From Candidatus Peribacteria bacterium (GTDB lineage: Bacteria; Patescibacteriota; Gracilibacteria; Peribacterales; Peribacteraceae): a stretch of 64,000 nt of DNA. Below the pieces are notes generated by a model that was not told the DNA's origin, made no database searches, and worked only from the letters and a program-made list of their open reading frames with translations. The translations under genes and the position numbers were made by a program. The stretch spans positions 7,538 to 71,537 of the forward strand of contig VGKY01000004.1 of the NCBI GenBank assembly GCA_016866875.1. The letters are read 5' to 3'. Below, in pieces: positions 52,529 to 64,000 of this stretch; positions within the stretch are counted from its first letter, which is position 1, and the number at the start of each line of letters is the position of its first letter.

Positions 52529-52962
52529 ACGGACAATAATGATTGAATGTAGTGTTCGGATTGTGAGGGCTTCACCGGCATCCGATCCTGTACATTGCCT
52601 TCCGGAATCACGACCAGTGCATCTTCCTGCGTTTGAGGATGTGCTTCAACGTTTACCGTAAAATTGCCATTCTCCAATGCTCGTGTGGCATCTCCGGAGA
52701 TATCCCCTTCCAAAACCGCTTGCAATCCCCTCTGGTCGAGATCTTCCATTATGCGATGGTGCAGGCGTTCTGTAAACTCCGGTTCCGTCTCCATACGAAA
52801 CTTCACCTCCGCCATCTGCTCGGATTTTTTCATCTCGCGCTCCAGATCCTCCGGCCCTTTGACTTTGTCACGCAAGCGCTCGTATTCCTCGGGACTGCGA
52901 ATTCGCTTACGGATCTTTTCGCGTTCGTGACTCGGGAGATGGTCGAGGAAGGAATCGGACAA
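52525..52962 (-). CDS. Hypothetical protein
   Basis: 145-aa charged helical ORF directly downstream of nrdJ. Confidence 0.7.
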   Translation of the reverse strand: MSDSFLDHLPSHEREKIRKRIRSPEEYERLRDKVKGPEDLEREMKKSEQMAEVKFRMETEPEFTERLHHRIMEDLDQRGLQAVLEGDISGDATRALENGNFTVNVEAHPQTQEDALVVIPEGNVQDRMPVKPSQSEHYIQSLLSV

Positions 52963-53014
52963 AGGTAGAAAGTAGCAAGTAGAAGGGAGTAAATACTACT
53001 CCTACCTGCTACTG
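52963..53014. repeat. Short inverted GTAG/CTAC-core heptamer arrays after the nrdJ stop
   Basis: AGGTAGA AAGTAGC AAGTAGA AGGGAGT / TACTACT CCTACCT GCTACTG. Confidence 0.78.
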
Positions 53015-56000
53015 TTAACTACACCCACTCGTCGCCCCGCAGTCGAGACAGACCTCACACGAACCATTGCGCTTCATCTTGAAACTCCCGCAGCCCGAGC
53101 ACATTGATCCGGTGAACCCCTGCTGCTTGGCAAGGGCGATCTTCGTCGGGGCAATGGCCACATCGGCGACGGCTTTCTCCGTCTCCACGGCTGTCTTTTC
53201 CTGAACCTTCGCTGCTAACTGCTCGCTGCACGCTACTCCCTTCTCTGCATCAAACGGCAGCCGAACAGATGAAGCACCTTCATCCACAACCGGGAGTCGC
53301 ATGGCAAAGGCTTCTTTGCTCTTCGTTCCAGTTTCATACGCCATGTCGACGAGATCTGCGTTGTGGAAGCGCTTAGCCTTGTCTTTTGGCAGGAACTTGA
53401 GGGCCATCCAGCGCCCCATGTAGTCCATGAGACTCCGGACCATCGGGATCTCTTTGTTCATGGTCATGCCCGCTGGATCGAACTTCGCCCCCACGAGCTT
53501 CTCGCAGAGCACTTCAAGCGGGACTCCGTACTGCAGGTTCATGGAGAGGCTGAGTGCGAGCGTGTCCATGACGCCCGAGAGGGTGGACCCTTCCTTGCTC
53601 ATCTTGATGAAAATCTCCCCCGGAGCGCCGTCCTCGTAGAGACCCACGTGGATGTAGCCTTCGTGGCCCGCAACGGAGAACTTGTGCGTGAGACTGAGCC
53701 TTTCATCGGGAAGCTTCCTGCGTCGAGGCACTTCTTGAATGACGATCTTTTCGACGATGACTTCCTTGACATCCTTTTCGTCTTTTTCGTCTTTCGCCTT
53801 CGTATCAGACTTGTTACTGAGCGCCTGGCTCATCTTGCAGCCATCGCGATACAGCGCGTTGGCCTTCAGGCCGAGCTTCCAGCTGAGGAAGTACGCGTCT
53901 TTGATGTCCTCCACAGTCGCATCGCTCGGCAGGTTGATGGTCTTAGAGATCGCACCGGAAATGAAGGGCTGCGAAGCCGCCATCATGCGAATGTGCCCCT
54001 CGGCAGCGATATAGCGCTCCCCAATCTTGCCGCACTTGTTAGCACAGTCGAAAACCGGCAGATGCTCAGGCTTGAGGTGAGGAGCCCCCTCGACCGTCAT
54101 GTGCCCACAGATCCACAGGTTGGCCTCGTCGATCTGCTGCTGGGTGAACCCCAGCGCCGGCAGAACAGCGAAGTGGAAGTCCTGCATTTGGGTTTCCGAG
54201 AAGCCGAGACCCTTCATGGTGTCCTCCCCAAGCACCCAGCGATTGAAGGCAAATCCGATCTCGAAGACTTGGGGCAGGTTCTTCTCGATCTTGGCGATGT
54301 CCGCGTCCTCGAAACCCTTCTTTCGCAGTGTTTGGCGGTTGATGTGCGGGGCGCCCTCGAGTGTGAGACTACCCATGACGTACTGCATGATCTCCCGCAC
54401 TTCACGGTCGCTGTAATGCAGCGCGTGGAGCGCGGGCTTCACCGACTGGTTGGCGATCTTCATGTAGCCTCCGCCAGCGAGCTTTTTAAACTTCACCAAT
54501 GCGAAATCCGGCTCGACTCCGGTTGTATCACAATCCATGAGAAGACCGATCGTTCCCGTTGGGGCGATGACGGTCGTCTGTGCATTACGATACCCATGCT
54601 TCTCGCCCATGGAGATCGCCCTGTCCCAACACTCCTTGGAGGCCTCAAGGAGATCCGGCGGACACACACCTTGATCGATGCCGACAGGAGTCACGTGCAG
54701 GCCTTCGTACTCGCGTGCAGGGGCATCGTACGCAGCACGACGGTGATTGCGAATGACTCTGAGCATGTGTTCGGCATTGGCGCTGTACTCCGGAAATGCG
54801 CCTAGCGCCTTGGCCATCTCTGCGGATGCGGCGTAGGACTCTCCTGTGAGGATCGCGGTGAGCGCTGCACAGATCGAACGCGCCTTTGGGGAATCGTAGG
54901 GAATGCCCATGCGCATGAGCATCGCGCCGAGGTTGGCGTAGCCAAGGCCGAGGGTGCGGTACTTGTAGCTTAAGTCCGCAATCTCTCGACTCGGAAACTG
55001 CGCCATGAGGACGGAAATCTCGAGAACGATGGTCCAGAGGCGCGCGGCGTGCCGATACTTTACGGTGTCGATGCATCCGCGGGATTCGTCGACGAACTTC
55101 AGAAGGTTCAGGGATGCGAGATTGCAGGCGGTGTTGTCGAGAAACATATACTCGCTGCAGGGATTACTTGCATTGATCCGCCCTCCGACCGGGCACGTGT
55201 GCCAATCATTGATTGTGGTGTCGTACTGCACACCGGGATCCGCGCACGCCCACGCGGCGTAGCCGATCTTGTCCCAGAGATCGCGAGCCTTGAGAGTCTT
55301 GCAGGGCTTCGCTGTCCTGCCTTCGGCAATCGCCTTCTTGCGCTCGGTGCGCCAGACCAGATCCCAAGAGCTGTCGCACTCCACAGCCTCGAAGAAGGCA
55401 TGGGGTACACGAACGGAGTTATTGGAGTTCTGGCCAGAAACGGTCTGGTAGGCCTCGCCATTGAAATCCGTGTCGTAACCAGCCTCGGCAAGCGCCGCCA
55501 CTTTCTTCTCCTCATTCACCTTCCAATCAATGAATGTCTCGATATCGGGGTGATCGAGATCCAGACAGACCATCTTTGCCGCTCTGCGTGTAGTCCCGCC
55601 AGACTTGATCGCGGCGGCCGCGCGGTCGCCGATCTTGAGGAAGCTCATGAGGCCCGAGCTCCGGCCTCCACCCGAGAGGGGCTCCCCGTCACCGCGGAGA
55701 TTGCTGAAGTTGGTACCAGTACCCGACCCGAACTTAAACAGGCGCGCCTCACGAACCCACAGATCCATGATTCCCCCCTCATTGACCATATCGTCATCCA
55801 CAGACTGGATGAAGCAGGCGTGAGGCTGCGGGTGGGTATAGGCATCGGTGCTCCGCTTCACCTCTCCTGTTGCCGGCTCGCAGTAGTAGTGCCCTTGTGC
55901 CGGTCCCGTGATGTTGTAGGCATAATGCAGACCCGTATTGAACCATTGGGGGCTGTTGGGCGCAGCCATCTGGTGCACGAGCATGTAGGAAAGCTCGTCT

Positions 56001-56443
56001 TCAAACGCCTGGGCATCCTGTGTGGTATCGAAGTATCCATGCTGCTGACCCCAGTGACGCCAGCAACCGGCGAGACGGCGCACAACCTGCTTCACCGAAC
56101 GCTCGGGACCCGTCACGACATTGCCCTGAGCGTCGTGGATGACACTGCCAGCGTCATCCACCTGCGGCACGCCCGCCTTGCGATAGTACTTGCTCACGAC
56201 GATGTCCGTGGCAACCTGCGACCAGCCTGCGGGTACCTCGGCCCCCTCCATCTCAAAGACCACCGATCCGTCCGTGTTTTTGATCCTGCTCACGCGCTTT
56301 TCGTAGACCACGTCCTCAAGCGGATCCCTCCCGGCACTCGTGAACACCCGATCAATCGTCAATGCCCCGTGACGCGCAGACGCGTTCTCTTGGGGAATGT
56401 CACGGACCCGGGGAATAGCGGAAGAGGAGGTGGCGGGATTCAT
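53015..56443 (-). CDS. nrdJ: Class II (B12-dependent) ribonucleotide reductase
   Basis: PNSPQWFN, ACFI, SNPCSE, ACNLASLN, IAPTGTI, C-terminal TSCPD-like domain and CxxC..CxxC..GCS. Confidence 0.96.
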   Translation of the reverse strand: MNPATSSSAIPRVRDIPQENASARHGALTIDRVFTSAGRDPLEDVVYEKRVSRIKNTDGSVVFEMEGAEVPAGWSQVATDIVVSKYYRKAGVPQVDDAGSVIHDAQGNVVTGPERSVKQVVRRLAGCWRHWGQQHGYFDTTQDAQAFEDELSYMLVHQMAAPNSPQWFNTGLHYAYNITGPAQGHYYCEPATGEVKRSTDAYTHPQPHACFIQSVDDDMVNEGGIMDLWVREARLFKFGSGTGTNFSNLRGDGEPLSGGGRSSGLMSFLKIGDRAAAAIKSGGTTRRAAKMVCLDLDHPDIETFIDWKVNEEKKVAALAEAGYDTDFNGEAYQTVSGQNSNNSVRVPHAFFEAVECDSSWDLVWRTERKKAIAEGRTAKPCKTLKARDLWDKIGYAAWACADPGVQYDTTINDWHTCPVGGRINASNPCSEYMFLDNTACNLASLNLLKFVDESRGCIDTVKYRHAARLWTIVLEISVLMAQFPSREIADLSYKYRTLGLGYANLGAMLMRMGIPYDSPKARSICAALTAILTGESYAASAEMAKALGAFPEYSANAEHMLRVIRNHRRAAYDAPAREYEGLHVTPVGIDQGVCPPDLLEASKECWDRAISMGEKHGYRNAQTTVIAPTGTIGLLMDCDTTGVEPDFALVKFKKLAGGGYMKIANQSVKPALHALHYSDREVREIMQYVMGSLTLEGAPHINRQTLRKKGFEDADIAKIEKNLPQVFEIGFAFNRWVLGEDTMKGLGFSETQMQDFHFAVLPALGFTQQQIDEANLWICGHMTVEGAPHLKPEHLPVFDCANKCGKIGERYIAAEGHIRMMAASQPFISGAISKTINLPSDATVEDIKDAYFLSWKLGLKANALYRDGCKMSQALSNKSDTKAKDEKDEKDVKEVIVEKIVIQEVPRRRKLPDERLSLTHKFSVAGHEGYIHVGLYEDGAPGEIFIKMSKEGSTLSGVMDTLALSLSMNLQYGVPLEVLCEKLVGAKFDPAGMTMNKEIPMVRSLMDYMGRWMALKFLPKDKAKRFHNADLVDMAYETGTKSKEAFAMRLPVVDEGASSVRLPFDAEKGVACSEQLAAKVQEKTAVETEKAVADVAIAPTKIALAKQQGFTGSMCSGCGSFKMKRNGSCEVCLDCGATSGCS

Positions 56444-56462
56444 AGGAGAGAAAATGTTAAGA

Positions 56463-56528
56463 ACACCAGATGTTGTGGTTCGATCCCCACGACTCCACAA
56501 GATATTGTGCCAGTGCGCCCCCCGTCAA
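56463..56528 (-). promoter_or_regulatory. Two NrdR boxes overlapping the nrdJ promoter
   Basis: ACACCAGATGTTGTGG (56463-78) and CCACAAGATATTGTGC (56495-510), 32 bp apart; TTGACG-18-TATCTT. Confidence 0.85.
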
Positions 56529-56764
56529 CTTCTCGCATCCTCAGACATCGACGATGAAACGCTTTGCGAAAATGACGGTCCGTAAGGAGATTCTCTGCAG
56601 GGAACACATCGCGGCGCCGAAAGCAAATGCTAGTACAGCGACACAGTATCGGCGCTCCGCAAAGGAAATTCGCGTGACACATCGCGGTCGTAGATGGGTA
56701 CCTCTACACGTCCGTCATCCGAATTCTCCTCGACGTTGCATTGCGGCGGAATTATCCTTGGGAC

Positions 56765-57445
56765 GTGCGCATCCTCGCGCTCGTCGCAGGCACGAATGTC
56801 CCCAGTAACGCGGAGCTCCTCTGCGATGCATTCCTCGATGGTATACGTCTTGAGTGTGCGGACGTCGCAATATCCAAACTCGCCCTTCGTGAGCTCTCGA
56901 TTGAGCACTTCAAGATCATATACTACCATCCGCAATGCCCATCGGAGGATGATTTCTGCGCATTGCAGTCCCTCGTTGAAGAGGCAGACGGCATCGTCAT
57001 CGCATCGCCCGTCTGGAACTTCTCGGTGCCGGCGCACCTCAAAAACGTCATCGATCGCATGGGGGCTTTCTGCCTCGACGAGGCGACGCGCACGCGGGGA
57101 AAGCTCAAGGGAACGCCCGCATACTTCCTCTTTACGGGCGGCTCACCCAACGCTGCATGGAAGGGTCTGATGCGCTTCACCACGAGCCATGTCCATGAGT
57201 CCCTACGCTACTACGGGGCATCGATCATCGGGAGAATCTACGAAGGCCGCTGCACCCCGAAAAAGGGCGAATTTGGTCTGGTGCTCGATACGCGGCCGCT
57301 CGCACTCGAGCGTGCGAGAAGGGCTGGACGCAGCTACGGGGTGATTGTGAGGAACTTTGCGAAGCATCGCCTGCTGCCGCTTCGACACCGCATCATGCAA
57401 AAACTCTACCGAGGGGCGCAGCGTTTCGTCGCCAAGTTCCTCTAA
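56765..57445 (+). CDS. Flavodoxin-like NAD(P)H-dependent oxidoreductase
   Basis: ADGIVIASPVWNFSVPAHLKNVIDR, TGG. Confidence 0.88.
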   Translation: MRILALVAGTNVPSNAELLCDAFLDGIRLECADVAISKLALRELSIEHFKIIYYHPQCPSEDDFCALQSLVEEADGIVIASPVWNFSVPAHLKNVIDRMGAFCLDEATRTRGKLKGTPAYFLFTGGSPNAAWKGLMRFTTSHVHESLRYYGASIIGRIYEGRCTPKKGEFGLVLDTRPLALERARRAGRSYGVIVRNFAKHRLLPLRHRIMQKLYRGAQRFVAKFL

Positions 57446-58320
57446 GCTACCCCCTCGCTCAATGCCGCGATATACGAGGCAAAGTGCCGATGGAGCAAGT
57501 GTGCTGCGACGGCGCCAAGACCGGCGATGGTGCCAGACACATTGACCGTGAGACAGGCGGAGGCAAAGTGCAAACGGATGTTTGCCCAGGGTATCTTAAA
57601 CCAAGCGGGAGGGCTCTCGATCCAATTCAAGATGAGCTCCTTGTTGCGCTGGGCATTTGATTGACGCAACTCCACGTGACGGCGGTGAATCGTTCTCCCG
57701 AGGTTCTCCAGAGTCTTTGCCGCCTCACTTGGAGAGAGGGAGTGCAGGGCTTCGACCGTCGGCAAACCTGCAGAAAGTTCCACAGCCTCTTCGCGCTCAC
57801 GATCCCACGTGTGCTGCTCTAAAGCGACAATGACCGCGATGAGAGATTCGCGGGCGCCGGTCATCTTGCCGTCCTCGTCATCGTACTCCCCTGCCTGATC
57901 GTGGAGATCGACGACGGTATGCAGATGGTCGAGATCGCGGATCGCCAGCGAAGAGAGGAAAACAGCGGCAGTCTCATCTTGGGAAAATCCCGCATCAATC
58001 TGGGATCCCGTCCAGTGTCGCTTGCTCTGGAGGATACCTTCGATCGCATGGCACAATCCCCGATCCTCGCGCCCGGCTTGAGAGAGCCAATCCTGCCGCC
58101 GCTTCTCCATTGCTCGTACGTAGGCCAGGTACGCATCGAGTGATCCGAGAGCTGCAGATAGCTCAGCATGCTCTGCGGCGAGCAACTCGTGCAGAGACTG
58201 GAGATGCGCATCGGAGAGCTGATCGATGAGCTGCATCCATGCAGCGATCTCTCCATCCTTCATGAGCTTGAGGGAGAGGGTCACTCTCAGGACATCCCGA
58301 AGGGAGAAGATGGGCTCCAT
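57442..58320 (-). CDS. Hypothetical protein with hydrophobic C-terminus
   Basis: About 290-aa ORF preceded by an AT-rich promoter-like tract. Confidence 0.65.
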   Translation of the reverse strand: MEPIFSLRDVLRVTLSLKLMKDGEIAAWMQLIDQLSDAHLQSLHELLAAEHAELSAALGSLDAYLAYVRAMEKRRQDWLSQAGREDRGLCHAIEGILQSKRHWTGSQIDAGFSQDETAAVFLSSLAIRDLDHLHTVVDLHDQAGEYDDEDGKMTGARESLIAVIVALEQHTWDREREEAVELSAGLPTVEALHSLSPSEAAKTLENLGRTIHRRHVELRQSNAQRNKELILNWIESPPAWFKIPWANIRLHFASACLTVNVSGTIAGLGAVAAHLLHRHFASYIAALSEGVA

Positions 58321-58363
58321 AGCATTTGCTCTGTATGAATGAATTTTATCATAAATAGCCATT

Positions 58364-59419
58364 TTAAGCCATATCTGACTTCCCTGCGCCAATCAGGGTG
58401 ATATCAGCATCCAGGAGCCTTGCCGCAGAAAAAGCATCCCATGTCCTCTGTCCACCTTCAACGAGCACGCTGGTGATGCCATGGAAATCCTGCGTGGGGG
58501 TGGTGAGAATTTGCAAGAGCACCGGAAGATCAAACTCCCTCTTTGCATCGAGCGGAACACCAAGAATGCGAACACCGCGTTCCTGAAGGATCCGTATCTT
58601 TTCCTCGGAATCTTCGGACTGCCTGGACTCCTTGAAATCATGCATCACCACCATCGTCCCCTTCGCCATCTCCCCACTCACAATCTTCGCAGCCAACGGA
58701 ATCCGCAAATCCGGATCAAGAATGATGCGCAGTGGTTGATAATTCTTCAACCCTGCCCGTCCGGCAGGCGGGCCTAATTTTTCATTCTTCATTCTCTGCG
58801 TCAGCATCGGATCATCGGTCACCACAGTGCCCACGCCAACGAGGATGGCATCGTGCATCGCACGCAGGTGCCGATGTGACCAGGCGTCCTGCTCGCTATC
58901 CGTAATCTTGAGCATGGAGCCATCGGGCCGCGCGATAGCTCCGGAGAGTGTGCAGGCGCGCTTGAGGGTAATCCACGGGCGCCCCCGAGTCATGAGAGAG
59001 ACAAATCCCCGATTGAGCCACTCGCACTGCGCACGCTCCACGGGACCAAAGACAGTGATGCCGGCTGTACGCAACCGGGCAACGCCTTTCCCCGAAACGA
59101 GAGGATTGGGATCGAGCATCCCAAAGACCACCGTACGAATGCCGCTTGCGATAATCGCCTCGGTGCATGGAGGCGTCTTTTTTTCCGTATGACAGCACGG
59201 CTCGAGATTGACATAGAGCACATCCTCTTCACGTACTTTTTGATCAAATTTTTTGATCAATAAGACTTCCGCATGCGGTCCTCCAAACTGCTCATGGAAA
59301 GCTTCTGCAATGATGTTTCCCCCACCAACGAGCACCGCACCGACCATCGGGTTGATGCCGGTATGCCTATGTCCCATCTTCGCAAGCTCGAGACACCGAT
59401 GCATGAAGGCAGAATGCAT
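58364..59419 (-). CDS. ribD: Riboflavin biosynthesis deaminase/reductase RibD
   Basis: NPMVGA, HAE, LEPCCH..PPC, DPNP, AILVGVGTV..DDP, VLVEGG. Confidence 0.95.
   Translation of the reverse strand: MHSAFMHRCLELAKMGHRHTGINPMVGAVLVGGGNIIAEAFHEQFGGPHAEVLLIKKFDQKVREEDVLYVNLEPCCHTEKKTPPCTEAIIASGIRTVVFGMLDPNPLVSGKGVARLRTAGITVFGPVERAQCEWLNRGFVSLMTRGRPWITLKRACTLSGAIARPDGSMLKITDSEQDAWSHRHLRAMHDAILVGVGTVVTDDPMLTQRMKNEKLGPPAGRAGLKNYQPLRIILDPDLRIPLAAKIVSGEMAKGTMVVMHDFKESRQSEDSEEKIRILQERGVRILGVPLDAKREFDLPVLLQILTTPTQDFHGITSVLVEGGQRTWDAFSAARLLDADITLIGAGKSDMA
58740..58795. repeat. Heptamer array with nested 21-bp hairpin, in frame in ribD
   Basis: TAATTCT TCAAC[CCTGCCCGTCCGGCAGGCGGG]CC TAATTTT TCATTCT TCATTCT. 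Confidence 0.85.
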
Positions 59420-59466
59420 GGCCAAAGTATTGCACAGAGGCAAAGCAAAGGGGATGATCACCCTCC

Positions 59467-59820
59467 ATGGATAGTATGGAACTAGAACCGGCACCTGACG
59501 CTTCTGAAAAGCTCAATGACGTAGTAGAGGAGCGTCTGCGCGACATGATTGAACTGTGCCACCTCCTCTTTGAGGTAATACCGGAATTGCGTGACAACAT
59601 CGTCGACCGCATGCTCGAAATTGAGGCAGTGTTTCTTGCTGGGTCAACTCAGAGGCTCACTATGCCGATCTCGGAGCCTGCTTCTGGTCCCAATAATGGG
59701 GAAGATCGGGAGGAGACCATCCGCAGCCTGATGGGCAAGCTTGGCGTGGGATACGAGTCCTTCACGCGCGAGGGCATGCTGGTGGCCTATATCAGACATG
59801 CACCAGAAAATCATGGTTAA
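59467..59820 (+). CDS. Hypothetical protein
   Basis: 117-aa acidic ORF, tightly coupled to the next ORF. Confidence 0.6.
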   Translation: MDSMELEPAPDASEKLNDVVEERLRDMIELCHLLFEVIPELRDNIVDRMLEIEAVFLAGSTQRLTMPISEPASGPNNGEDREETIRSLMGKLGVGYESFTREGMLVAYIRHAPENHG

Positions 59821-60338
59821 GATGGAGCACTACCACTTCCGGCCTTCAGAGCTCCCTAAGCCAATTCGAGATCATCTGCTTCGGACTGAGGATTTCAGGT
59901 TCTCTTTTCCAAATCACCAGGACGAGATGTTCACTGTTGGCATCGTGGACCCAAGCGCAAACTCAGCTGTCCCCAACTTTACGGGAATGCCCGATGGTCA
60001 GAATCTCTACATCTCAGAAGAAGCCCTCTCTGTGCCCTCGTTACAAGAAGCAACCCTGAGGCATGAAATCCTCTGTTGTAGAAACTTAGCAGGAGTGGAA
60101 GGGCACAGCTGCACGGAGATCGAGAATGCAGTTCTCGCGGAGTACACCCCATTCCCCGATGTACTCGAAGGACTCATTGCCGCACGCCTCAGGATGTTCC
60201 GTGCGCTTGTAGCCTTTATGGGCATCGATCCCGATCGCCCCAAAGACTCAGTGGAGACGGGAATTCTCGCTACCCGACGGTATCTGGAGAACCTTGCGAC
60301 TGGAAAGGGAATCATCGTTCCGAAGTGGGCACCAAAGC

Positions 60339-62441
<2,103 letters not shown>

Positions 62442-62711
62442 GATGAAGGTGGGCAGAGAGGGTGCAGGGAGTAGAAAAAAGGCACCCTAGGAGGATGCCG
62501 AGGCATCCAAAAGTCCAAGAGAATATACGGAATCGTGGCAAAGGATGCAATGGCGCTTCCCGGAGAAATCAGCGGGAAACGAGACCCGTATGGCGCATTA
62601 AACGGGTGATACGCAGATCGTGCTCTGTGAAACGATGCGCATTGACCGATGTACGGTCACGGAATGCACCGCGGCATGATCCAGTGCTTCGGCGACAAGA
62701 TCAAGCAGTAC

Positions 62712-63164
62712 TTATTTTGCCAAGTGCGCAAACGCCTTGTTGGCCTGCGCCATCTTGATCACGTCCTGCTTCTTCTTGAAGGCTGCTCCCTGGTCTGTAG
62801 ATGCATCGAGGAGCTCGAGTGCGAGGCGATGAGCCATCGGGATGCCCTTGCGGCTGCGAGCGGCATCGAGAATCCAACGGACGGAAAGCGCTACCTGGCG
62901 CTTGGGAGTTACCTCCACCGGCACCTGGTACACGGCGCCTGCTACGCGCTTCGGGCGGACCTCGACCAACGGTGTGACATTGAGAAGAGCCTTCTGAAAG
63001 ACCTCCAGCGGGGGATCCTTGGTGCGGGTCTTGATGATATCGAGAGCGTCCTGAAAGACGGTGCGAGCAACGGACTTCTTGCCATCGCGCATGAGGCAGC
63101 AGATGAACTTCTCGATCTGGAGATCGGAACCTTCCGGGATATATGCTTTGACGGGCTTGGACAT
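62712..63164 (-). CDS. rpsG: 30S ribosomal protein S7
   Basis: MRDGKKSVA, EVRPKRVAGAVYQVP, MAQANKAFAH. Confidence 0.98.
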   Translation of the reverse strand: MSKPVKAYIPEGSDLQIEKFICCLMRDGKKSVARTVFQDALDIIKTRTKDPPLEVFQKALLNVTPLVEVRPKRVAGAVYQVPVEVTPKRQVALSVRWILDAARSRKGIPMAHRLALELLDASTDQGAAFKKKQDVIKMAQANKAFAHLAK

Positions 63165-63169
63165 ACGGA

Positions 63170-63294
63170 GGAATTATGAAGGAAGAATGAGGAATGAGGA
63201 ATGGATTTCTTCTGGAAAAAATGGATGCGAGTGGATGGCAGAGAACTGCCGAATATTCGTAATTCTTAATTCGTAATTCATAATTCTTAATTCT
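63170..63294. repeat. Inverted heptamer arrays between rpsL and rpsG
   Basis: GGAATTA TGAAGGA AGAATGA GGAATGA GGAATGG / ATATTCG TAATTCT TAATTCG TAATTCA TAATTCT TAATTCT; includes the rpsL stop. Confidence 0.92.
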
Positions 63295-63709
63295 TCTTAG
63301 GCTTCTTCGCACCATAGCGTGAGCGACCCTGCTTCCTGTCGCGCACACCCTCGGTGTCGAGGATGCCCCGCACGATGTGGTAGCGAACACCTGGAAGGTC
63401 CTTCACGCGTCCGCCACGGATGAGGACAACAGAGTGCTCCTGGAGGTTATGACCCTCACCCATGATATAGGCCTTCACTTCGTGACCATTGGTCAGGCGC
63501 ACACGGGCGATCTTTCGGAGAGCAGAGTTCGGCTTCTTGGGCGTCATCGTGGTGACCTTCACGCAAACACCGCGCTTGAAGGGCGAGCCCTTGGGAAGCG
63601 GAACGGCACGCATGTTGAGCGCATTCCAGGTGTACTGCAGGGCGGGTGCCTTGCTCTTGCGACGCTTCTGACTGCGGCCACGGCGGATGAGCTGGTTAAC
63701 GGTAGGCAT
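63287..63709 (-). CDS. rpsL: 30S ribosomal protein S12
   Basis: [40 protein letters not shown]. Confidence 0.99.
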   Translation of the reverse strand: MPTVNQLIRRGRSQKRRKSKAPALQYTWNALNMRAVPLPKGSPFKRGVCVKVTTMTPKKPNSALRKIARVRLTNGHEVKAYIMGEGHNLQEHSVVLIRGGRVKDLPGVRYHIVRGILDTEGVRDRKQGRSRYGAKKPKKN

Positions 63710-63766
63710 TGCGGACGGAGGGTAGGGAGATTCGGGAAAAGAGTAAAGGAAAAAGGGCTACATTGG

Positions 63767-64000
<234 letters not shown>

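Noticed and set aside
56444-56740. Cobalamin riboswitch upstream of nrdJ
   Set aside because: No B12-box recognised, and the predicted promoter leaves only a short leader.
63287-63709. Streptomycin-resistance substitutions in S12
   Set aside because: PKKPNS and RVKDLPG motifs are wild type.

Overview
Chromosomal segment of a GC-rich bacterium using standard code 11. Gene content and style (SLH-domain secreted proteins, two TraD/VirD4-like ATPases, a VirB2-like pilin, alpha2-type GlyRS, class II RNR, broken str and rpsU-dnaG-rpoD operons) suggest Patescibacteria/CPR, most likely Peribacteria/Peregrinibacteria; this is an inference. Most of the window is housekeeping: ftsK, rdgB, a UvrD-nuclease fusion, rpoD, dnaG, rsmF-like, leuS, der, mltG, hisS, gyrB, rpsU, glyQS, rpsB-tsf, ychF, nrdJ, ribD, fusA-rpsG-rpsL, the end of rpoC and tRNA-His. 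The most striking unexplained signal is a dispersed family of about 15 short-period (7-, 8- and 9-nt) degenerate repeat arrays, many arranged as inverted pairs. They sit exactly on gene ends, overlap stop codons, or lie in frame inside rsmF, leuS and ribD. One inverted pair encloses a four-helix-bundle (IVS/Avd-like) gene, and two arrays are interrupted by 21/30-bp GC-rich hairpins. Also present: a truncated RAYT with GTAG-type REPs, an RpoD with a C-terminal Cys4 zinc ribbon, an acyl-carrier-protein island, a PLD, and many -10 boxes only 6-10 nt before start codons. No CRISPR array, prophage or rRNA is seen.
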